64,000 nucleotides of DNA, taken from contig OX597826.1 of NCBI GenBank assembly GCA_951406725.2, forward strand, positions 73,408,001 through 73,472,000, given 5' to 3'. How positions within the stretch are numbered: position 1 is the stretch's first letter; every line of letters starts with the position of its first letter. Origin of the DNA: Octopus vulgaris. Its lineage: Eukaryota. The notes beneath the pieces are model-generated. The model was not told the origin of the DNA and made no database searches. It was given only the letters and a program-made list of their open reading frames with translations. Of the stretch, positions 53,925 through 64,000 are shown piece by piece. The position numbers and the translations under genes were made by a program.

Positions 53925-53928
53925 ATGC

Positions 53929-53960
<32 letters not shown>

Positions 53961-54119
53961 ATATATAAATGTATATGTATATACACATATATATACATAT
54001 ATATATATACACATGTATATGTATATACATATATATATGCATATATATTTACATGTCTATATATATACATATATATATGTATATATATGTATCATACATA
54101 TATATATATGTATATGTAT

Positions 54120-54223
<104 letters not shown>

Positions 54224-54755
54224 ACGTATATATGCCTCCCTACTGACTCTTTGTACCTTACTAAACGACTGGTGAACTTATGAAAATGCAAACATTTCAA
54301 ACAACAGCAACTGGTAAACAGGAAGGTATTATTCTCGCATTGTTTAGCTTTAGTTGCATATTTAATAATGAGTTAAGTATGTATGGAATTTACTCTAAAG
54401 CTCTAAAGTGGTTTTAGACGAGGGTCAGCTTGATAATTGGAAGTATATATCAATGTGTATTGTACGCTATTCAGCGTTGGACTCCCATTGTCTCTGTATT
54501 TCAACTAAAACGTTCATTGTTTCTTGGCGTGTTGTGAGTGGAGGGAGATCTTGATTTACGTGTCTTTAATGCGAAATTTAGCTTTAAAAGCCATTGTTTT
54601 TATTTTTAAGTTGATTGGTCTAAAGCCAGGTGTAAGTAGCTCTTGATATATGTTATGTGAATGCTGTACAACTCGTATACATGAGCGTATGTATAACTAT
54701 ACGGTGATACGATAATGTCTTTTGTTCTGTTAATGTTTCTGAAGGCATGTTAGCA

Positions 54756-55358
54756 TTGTGTTGAGTCAAACGTTTTGCAGCATTTTGGTAACTTAAGGCG
54801 GCGAGCTGGCAGAATGGTTTGCACGCCGGGCGGTCTGCCGTTACGGTCTGAGTTCAAATTCCACCGAGGTCGACTTTGCCTTTCATCCTTTTCAGGATCG
54901 ATTAAATAAAGTACCAGTTACGCACCGGGGTCGATGTAATCAACTTAATCCCTCTGTCTGTCCTTTTTTATCCCCTCTATGGGCAATAAAGAAATAAATA
55001 TTTCGGTACCTTATTTTGCTTTATTCCTAAAGTTACAAGAAAAGCAGCTTCGCATTCAGCGTAGAGGCCTTCGTGTTGCACCATCTGAAGCCACTTTTCT
55101 GCTAGTTCTTTGATTCCATGCTGATACCTCTTCTTATCCTTCGAGGCGAAGAACTCTGCAACTGAAGCTTCCACTTCCTCTTGGTTCATGAAGTGTCGCG
55201 AGCACAGGAAGTCACAGGCAAGAACTGGTGTCAGCGTGGAATCAAAGAACTGGCAGAAAGGTGGCTTCAGATGGTACCACACGATGGCCTCTACTGTGTT
55301 GTTCATCAATAAAGCAACTAAATTGCCAAAATATTGCAAAACTTTTGACTCAACACAA
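54756..55358. mobile_element. Fold-back mariner derivative (two inverted 3' ends) with a nested SINE
   Basis: TIR TTGTGTTGAGTCAAA.GTTTTGCA..ATTTTGG.AA.TTA at both ends; a mariner C-terminal peptide is encoded on both strands. Confidence 0.87.
54795..54999 (+). mobile_element. SINE family A
   Basis: AAGGCGGCGAGCTGGCAGAA..GAGTTCAAATTCCACCGAGGTCGACTTTGCCTTTCATCC..AATAAAGAAATAAA tail. Confidence 0.88.
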
Positions 55359-55439
55359 TAGTATATGAATTTGGAATTATTCTCTGTAAAACCTGTCCGG
55401 TTGCTGTCAATCAAGGCATCCTAACGGTATATTACTAAA

Positions 55440-55900
55440 TTTGTAAGGTAGAGACCACCAAGTTGGTAGATCATGGAGATGAATACAGCTGATTGTCAAA
55501 AATGTTTCCGGTCATTATTCGTACGTGTTTTCTGACGTTGATATTTGCTATAAACGCTGCGAAACCAGGTGTAGACCGGTAACTTTTGACGTTGTCTCCT
55601 TTGAATATATTATGATAGCTGTGTTTAATTGAGAAATGCTGTTGTATCGAAATTAAAACGTTACAGGCGAGCTTTATACGAGCACTGAGCCTGGAGTGGA
55701 AGTAAACCGGTCTATTTTTTGTTTAGGTTCTTTTCGGGGAATCGGATCACCAGATTTTCTGGTGAAAGGGGTCTTATCTAAGGTTAGGCTAGATAAGTGT
55801 ATAAGAGAATCCTTATGTTTTTGATTAGGTTTTTCATGATGGAGGGTGGGTGTTTAGAACTTTTGTGGAGTATGTAGGCCTTTCCTGGATGCACCGTAGT
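55440..55900 (-). mobile_element. Penelope-like element (PLE) RT C-terminal remnant
   Basis: Minus strand gives YILHKSSKHPPSIMKNLIKNIRI, then HLSSLT and NVKSYRSTP across frameshifts; resembles PLE motifs YxxxxSNHPPSIxKN, RLSxLSS and NTVKxSYSCxPN. Confidence 0.72.
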
Positions 55901-56334
55901 CTTCCATTGGATTCTCTAGTGTCTTAGTGTCTATTGTTGTCCAGGTTTAGAGTAACATTGAACACAACGAAGTATTAAGAAAGACATTATTGCGTCTAAC
56001 TGGGCCCGTTCTGCAGAAACTAGATCATTTGTATGCAGAATCATCATTAAGATGAATACCAACAGGAGGAAGGAGAAGGTGGGCAAAACCGAGGGTCACG
56101 TGGTGTCGAACTTTTCAAGAGGACCCAAAAGAAGTCACAAGAACTGGGGAAAACAGAAAAACACGGAAGCGGTCGAAAACATTGGAGGAGAACGAACGCC
56201 TGATGCACAAACAAGTGTGGGATGCGCTAGCTATCAACTGTTATATGCTGCTGAGGACTGTGCTTTCGGATTATATAAATAATGGTGTTATCGTTATTTT
56301 GCACCTGAGGCGCTGACTTTGTTGTTTTTTTTTT

Positions 56335-56550
56335 TAGCTATAAGTTGGTCGTGACTGTGCTGATTTATGATCAAAGACATTCCATCAGACATCACTCAGC
56401 CATTTTTCTGTTTTTCTTTCCTAGGCATAGTCTTTTCCGGGTCTACATTCGTTCTCCATTGCGTCATTTCTGTTTCACTTGCTTATTCAAGACGCAAAGG
56501 GTGATTTGAGGGAGATTTGACTGCTATTTATAGCAAGTCCAGCAACCAAC
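56335..56550 (-). mobile_element. Ancient dispersed repeat (same family as 55-265)
   Basis: TATGATCAAAGACATTCC..GGTGATTTGAGGGAGATTTGACTGCTATTT. Confidence 0.5.
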
Positions 56551-56621
56551 TGAAAAATCATTGTGACAACAGCTGCGTCAATGATAGGGATAGCAGCAGC
56601 TGTGCAACAAAACCTGCAGCC

Positions 56622-56624
<3 letters not shown>

Positions 56625-56701
<77 letters not shown>

Positions 56702-56714
56702 GGTGGTGGTGGTG

Positions 56715-56775
<61 letters not shown>

Positions 56776-56788
56776 GAGGAGGAGGAGG
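56625..56788. repeat. Compound trinucleotide tract (GCA)n(GTA)n(GTG)n(GTA)n(GGA)n
   Basis: Read directly from the sequence. Confidence 0.97.
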
Positions 56789-56921
56789 AATTTGGATAGT
56801 AGAATGATTAAAAAACACATTGCATGTGAGAGGTGTCAACGGCTCGAATATAGCAATTAGTGAGTTATTTACCGTCAATATGTCATTCCTCACAGCTGAC
56901 ACACCAATGCCAATCTCCCCC

Positions 56922-56975
<54 letters not shown>

Positions 56976-57110
56976 TATATGTGTGTGTGTGTGTATGTAT
57001 GTACTTACATATATGTTTGTGCTTGCATATATACATCTATATATATATATGTATGTATATTCGTGTATATATGTAAATATGTATGAATGCACTTACAAAC
57101 ATGTGTTTGC

Positions 57111-57144
<34 letters not shown>

Positions 57145-57626
57145 ACATGTATGTATGAACGCATAAACACATACGCACCAGCACACATACATGCACACAG
57201 TGACACACTCACACACACACACACACATACGCACACACACCATACGCATATTTCATTATCCTATCCGTTCTTTAGTCTAACTTCCTGTCTTTCTTCCTTT
57301 CTTCCTTTCTTACTCCATTCCTTTCTCCTTTCCTTTCTTTGTCTCATCCTTCCTACCTTCCAGTGATAAACAGCACTAATTAATTTCATTGTCTTTCCTC
57401 TAATTATTTAATTATATATATGTCACGTGCACATTGTCCTTTTGCTGTTGTCTAACCCCCATCTCACCATTCACCATTGATTGAGCAGGTATATGATGAA
57501 AGGCCTTCCAGCCGCGGCCGTCTCACTTTGTTTCAGTCGTTGAAAAATATTTAGATTTATACTATACAAGGTTCCCTTTAAGAGTGTACAGTTGTGTATA
57601 GTGATATATATGCATATATATATACA

Positions 57627-57683
<57 letters not shown>

Positions 57684-57764
57684 GCATATATATATATATA
57701 CATATACATATATATATATACACACACATGCACATACATACATATCTACATACACACACACATA

Positions 57765-58092
57765 TTCTTTTACCAATTTCAATCATTTGACTGTGGCCAT
57801 GCTGGAGCACCGCCTTTACTCGAACAAATCGACCCCAGGAATTATTCTCTGTAAGCCTAGTACCTTATTTTATTGGTGTCTTTTGCCGAACCGCCGAGTT
57901 ACAGCGACGTAAACACACCAACGTGTGTGTGTGTGTACGATGGGCTTCTTTCAGTTTCCGTATACCAAATCCGTTCACAAGGTCTTGGTCGGCCAGAGAC
58001 TATTGTAGGAGACATTTGCCCAAGATGTTATGCAGTGGGACTGAACCCAGAACCATGTGGTTGGGAAGCAAGCTTTTTACCTCACAGCCACA
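57765..58092 (-). mobile_element. SINE family B, near full length
   Basis: All family B blocks present on the minus strand. Confidence 0.9.
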
Positions 58093-58131
58093 CTTGTATG
58101 GAGAGATACGGACAGACAGAAGACAGACAAG

Positions 58132-58214
<83 letters not shown>

Positions 58215-58399
58215 GTAGGTATGTATGTAGGTAGGTAGGTAGGTAGGTAGGTAGGTAGGTAGGTAGGTAAGCACACACACAGAGGGTACGAGATATAACT
58301 GAGAGCATATTACGCAATATAATAAAACAATTCTCTATCAAAAACCAAATGTGCATTCATAAAAATGTGTGCAGATGTGCTCGACAAATTTTTATGTAA

Positions 58400-59030
58400 G
58401 ATTTATTCAATTAATTCGACTCCAGCTTCGGTGCTTCGAATCGGATCCGGAATTGTTGACATGCTTTCATGAAATGGTCCTTATCCGTTTCGGGTATCAC
58501 ATTTGCAATGGCGGTCTTCAGTGAAGCTACGATATTGTGAGGGTGTCGATTACTCTTCCTTTTAACAACGCTCGAAACGTAGTTGTCCATGCGATTTAAA
58601 TCTGGCAAGATTGACGACCGCAAATTTGGTGTTATAAGGATCAGAAAAATTGTCTTTTCCCTTCTTGGGTTATACGGGCTTTGTAAGAAAATGTTGGTTC
58701 TTCTTAAAACACGTTCGGTTTTCCACTGCGTATTTCATCCATGCATGATTTAACAAATGTCTCCAGTACCTCAGCCTATCAGCATTAGTTCTATGACCCT
58801 GTGGGAAGATGTGAGATGACATGATTTTACCTTCGCAACTCACCACTCCTAAAACTATCACAGTTGCTGGAAACTTAGAGGGTATCACCTTCGGGACATC
58901 AGAGGATATCTGCACATAGCCATCTGTCATTTCTCCAGTTATACTTTTAGTCCTATTGAAGTGTTTCTCATCAGAGAAGAACCAAAGCATGCCATGTTTG
59001 TGAGGGTTAAATAGCTGCAGCAATTACGAC
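58400..59030 (-). mobile_element. Decayed Tc1/mariner-superfamily transposase (probably maT/DD37D-like)
   Basis: WFFSDEKHF..VIVLGVVSCEGK..HIFPQGHRTNAD and ILPDLNRMDNYVSSVV..KACQQFRIRFEA, interrupted by frameshifts and stops; subfamily is inferred. Confidence 0.85.
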
Positions 59031-59404
59031 CGATTCTGAAAACAAAGGAGAGATAATATCAAGTGATGAACAGTTCTCTGGAAGTAACATGCCATTAAGG
59101 AAGACAATTTGTCTTTTCTGGAATCAACAGAATAACTCTGAACATGTTTCTACCTCTTTAGGCGTCTTCAGTACAACATCAATCTTCATTGACTCCACCC
59201 AGACTTAGACATATACAACAAAAATAGAAAACATTTATGGGCTTAGTAATTTGCATAATTTAAAAATGAGTTCAGCCTACTAACCCAGGGAGGACAATGA
59301 CAGGAGCATAAAGACCTTAAAGACGCAATTTCACATCTGCGCCTACGAAACGTTGAACTTATATGTGACTCAATCAAACTGTTATTGTTTATCTATGTGC
59401 ACAT

Positions 59405-59439
<35 letters not shown>

Positions 59440-59506
59440 TAACAACATGTGTATAGCTCTGTGTACATATATATGTGTATGTGTAGGGACATAAATAAGT
59501 GGGTGC

Positions 59507-59567
<61 letters not shown>

Positions 59568-60275
59568 TGTGTATACGTGTTTTTCTAACAACAGGAATAT
59601 TTGCGTATACATGTGGAGGCATGCATAACTATTTGGATGTTTGTGTGTACTGTTTAACGTGTACTTTTCTGTACTTAGGTGTGTGTGTGTGTGTGTGTGC
59701 GTGTGCGTGCATGTATTTATGTGTGCATGTATGTATGCATGTATATGTGCATACATACGTAGACATATATATCTGTCAAACAGCATGTGTATCCTTGCGT
59801 ATATGTATGTGATTATGTGTGAGTGTATGAATTAGTCCATCAATATGTGGGTGTATATATGCATTTAACATATGTGCGCGCACGTGTGTGAGTGTGGTGG
59901 TGGTGGTGGTGTTGGGCGGTGGGGGGATTCAATTAAATCCCATCTGGACATTTATGTCAACACGTAATTAGAATATATAGTTCAGTAGTGTTACTATACA
60001 TACATAGCTACACACACACACATACACACAAACACACACACACACACACACACACGCATATATATATAAGAATCAATATTATTGATTATAAATTAATCAA
60101 ATAGATGTTGACGTATGCAAAAACAGAAACTAAAACCCGAGGAATTGAAATTTACCTCTTAACCAATAAACCTAGCGGCAATAGTTGGCGATTCACTAAG
60201 TGAGGGGAGGTAATTCCGAGAAATTCAGAATATTTATTTATTTTTTCTTTTCTTTTTTTTTTTGTCATATATATT

Positions 60276-60409
60276 CAGTAGAACCTAGGTTTTCGAACAA
60301 ATATGATCAAGAATAAATCGTACTTTATATATATGTCTATATCTATCTATATGTATATAAAGCACGATTTATTCGCGATCAGAGTTGTTGGAAAACCGAG
60401 GTACTACTG
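60276..60409. mobile_element. Palindromic pogo/Tigger-like MITE
   Basis: Left CAGTAGAACCTAGGTTTTCGAACAA..GAATAAATCGTACTTTATATA versus right reverse complement CAGTAGTACCTCGGTTTTCCAACAA..GAATAAATCGTGCTTTATATA; TA on the right flank. Confidence 0.85.
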
Positions 60410-60823
60410 TATGATTATTTCTCAGTCTTATTGGAAAATCTGGTTTTTGTTAATAAGTCAGAATTCAGTTAACTAGTAAAGCTTAAACATGTTCTACGTT
60501 CACACACACAGAAATACGTACACATACACACACACACGTGAACTTAGTCTCCAGTTCTGCATAATTTAATTTTTATTTAATTTTTGATTTGGAAATCTTC
60601 AAGAGTTCTTTTCCTTGCTTCTTTCAAAAATAAGTTTCATTAAGCTTAATGAATGTAATTTTTCTCGTTTTTTTGGGGGGAAGTTTTTTTCTTGTTTGTT
60701 TTTTTTTTTTATTTCATGATTGTAGTTTCATTCGATTGGCTAGAAATAACTTTCAGCTCTCCATGTCAAGTATGGTAGACTACATGTAAATAAACAACAC
60801 TTAACTGGGATTAATCAGCAATA

Positions 60824-60885
<62 letters not shown>

Positions 60886-61188
60886 CACTACAGCTACTAC
60901 TACAGCTGCGACTACTACTACCACTACTACAACTACTACCTCTACCACTACTACTAGTACAACTACTACTTCTATCGCCACTACTACTACTACTACTCAC
61001 AATGCTACTATTTCTTAGATCCCTGCCACTATCGCCACCATTAATTTCAGTAGCACTTCTACTACAACAAATGCCCCTCTCACTACTACAATTACTAGCA
61101 GCACTACTTCTACTCATACCACCACTCCGACCACTACCACTTAAGCTACTAGTTCTAAAGCTACCACAAATGATACAGTAATCACTAC

Positions 61189-61230
<42 letters not shown>

Positions 61231-61240
61231 CTATTTTATT

Positions 61241-61287
<47 letters not shown>

Positions 61288-61485
61288 TGAGAGAGAGACA
61301 GTGGAAGATAGAGAGAGACAGACAGGCAGACAGATAGACAGACAGGCAGATAGACAGATAGATAGACTGATAGACAGACAGACAGACAGACAGATAGATT
61401 GATTGATTGATTGATTGATTGATTGACTCATTGATTGATTGATTGATAGATAGACAGGTATATAGATAGCTAGATAGATAGATAA

Positions 61486-61571
<86 letters not shown>

Positions 61572-61867
61572 AGACAGACAGGTATATAGATAGCTAGATA
61601 GATAGATAAATAGACAGACAGATTGATTGATTGATTGATACATACATACACACAGAGATCTTTTTTGCATTTGGTTTGTAAGATTCTTAAGGTGAACTTG
61701 CGTGTTGAAACAAATCTTGTGTCTTGAGAGGTACCACTTCCATCGCCACCATTGCCAACAATACAAACATCACCATACCCACACATTAACATCACCGCCA
61801 ACACCGTTATACCACTACTGTACTGCAATTACTACATCATCACTATGCTACTACCACTGCCGACAAC

Positions 61868-62330
61868 CACCACCACCACCACTGCCGCCACTACTGTCAC
61901 ATCACCATAAACACTACACAACCACCGCTACGCCGCCACCTCTACATTCACATGACCGCCATCTACGCCACCACCGCCATCAACATAATACTATCATCTT
62001 CGCCACAACATCCCCACTTCCACCACCACATCGTAACCACTACACCACCGCCACCACTACCTACTCCGTTTCCATCTACACCGGTTCAGCCACCACCACC
62101 ACCACTGCCGTCACTACCGTCACATCACCATAAACACTACACAACCACCGCTACGCTGCCACCTCTACATTCACATGACCGCTTTCTACGCCACCACCGC
62201 CATCAACATAATACTATCATCTTCGCCACGACATCCCCACCTCCACCACCACATCGTAACCACAACACCAGTAGCACCGCCACCACCATCACTACCTACT
62301 CTGCTTCCATCTACACTGGTACAGCCACCA
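61868..62330. repeat. Tandem duplication with a 223-bp period in ACC-rich sequence
   Basis: GTCACATCACCATAAACACTACACAACCACCGCTACG..CATCGTAACCAC occurs twice; equivalent ATGACCGC at 61952 and 62175. Confidence 0.92.
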
Positions 62331-62869
62331 CCACCAGCAGCACCACTTACACCCGCTCCATCTACACAAGTGCAAACATCGCCACCACAATCACCACCAC
62401 TCACACCAGCTCCATCAACCCCAGCTACACTGCCACCCCTGCATTATCTCCGTTACAGTATTTCAACACCCTAAACACCCTAAAAAACAATCTGATGTTT
62501 GACACGTAACACTGCAGCTAACGGCGCGGGCCTTCTTAGCAGCCTGCCTTCCCTGGCTGGCTCAGGTGTTCTTACCCCGTTTTAATGACAGAAACAGCGG
62601 ATTCGGCTGCTACCGTCGGTAAATTGAGAGACAAGCTACAAAGATTCTTGTCTCGTCTTGGTTGTGTATGAAGTCGAAATAGGAGCTCACGTAGCTTTTT
62701 TATATTTTGTTTATTACAATTGGCAAGATATGATTGGTTAAGATGTTCTTATGCCTCTCGTTCGCGCTGTCTTGTTTGTGTTGTCATGTCGTCTGAGAAC
62801 GTCTTTGCCATGATGTGAGCTTCAAAAAGCGCAGAGGGTGTCCACGATAGATATTGATTGAAAATATTG

Positions 62870-63030
62870 GCACAAGGTCCCAACAAGTTCTCAACTGGTG
62901 CTTATTCTATTTACTCCTAAAGGATGAAAGGAAAAGTTCGAAACCGGCGGAATTTGAACTCAGAACGTAAAGACGGACGAAATTCCGTTAAGCCTTTCGC
63001 CCCGCATGCTAAGAATTCTGTCAGCTCGCT
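62870..63030 (-). mobile_element. SINE family A, diverged
   Basis: AAAGGATGAAAGG..CGGCGGAATTTGAACTCAGAACGTAAAGACGGACGAAA..CAGCTCGC. Confidence 0.8.
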
Positions 63031-63132
63031 AGTTTACAAGGATGTCTATAGATATTACATCTAGGAATGTAACATTAGCGAACTGAAACACACAGTGTTC
63101 GGTGATTAGGCTATGCTAATGATGATGATGAC

Positions 63133-63176
<44 letters not shown>

Positions 63177-63640
63177 CGACGACGATGACGATGATAATGA
63201 TGATAGGGGTGCTGTGTGTTTGGCATTTAACTGCACGTCTTTTGTTTGGCTACAGGGGTAGTCAATTGAATCTACCCTCAAGACTTGAACAGGTTTTCTC
63301 GTTTTGGTTTTGCATGATGAGAAAAAGAAAGGAAGTTGATGCGAATTTAGAATGTTAAAGGATACAAGTAAATACCGCAATCTGTTGCCTTGCTGTTCAG
63401 ATCTCGCCATCGATTCTCTTTATGACAATAACAACGACGACAGCGACGACAAGAGGAAGAAGATGGATATGAAGAATTGGAAGTACAACAGTTATGCCCC
63501 CTTGTAAAACTCTTCTCTGCTCATAAATTTTGCTTTGTATGTGACCTGTTGTCTTTACCCGCACGCATGTACGCACACACACACATACACACATGCACAA
63601 AGTGTATGCATATGTGTGTATGCAAATATGTTTACGTACG

Positions 63641-63875
<235 letters not shown>

Positions 63876-64000
63876 GTATGTGTGTGGCGACTTCCATCGT
63901 GTGTTGCCAACTTTATGGCAAGCTTCCATCAACCTTCTCAGCTAAAGGATGCAAATCTCAATTTCCTATTTCCCCGTCCGCTTGAAACGTAAAATGCAAA

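Overview
This is AT-rich, microsatellite-saturated, non-coding eukaryotic DNA. The very dense (CA)n/(TA)n/(CATA)n/(AGAT)n/(AAT)n tracts and the recurrent tRNA-headed SINE families look like an octopus (coleoid cephalopod) intron or intergenic region; that assignment is an inference from repeat content. No host protein-coding gene, rRNA, true tRNA or CRISPR array can be supported, and nearly all listed ORFs are translations of simple repeats. What can be supported: many copies of several SINE families (labelled A-F here, some with clear target-site duplications), two non-autonomous Helitrons, hAT-like and Tc1/mariner-like MITEs, decayed mariner/maT transposases, and fragments of RTE, R4/Dong and Penelope-like retroelements, plus several minisatellites. 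The most unusual items are a roughly 20-unit AGGTCA-rich minisatellite grown out of a hAT MITE end, a fold-back element made of two mariner 3' ends, a nest of (TAA)n-targeted insertions, modular head/tail swapping among SINEs, and a 2.3-kb 20-bp array whose consensus drifts along its length. I found no convincing wholly new biological system. Family names come from recalled motifs, not database searches, and boundaries without TSD support are approximate.
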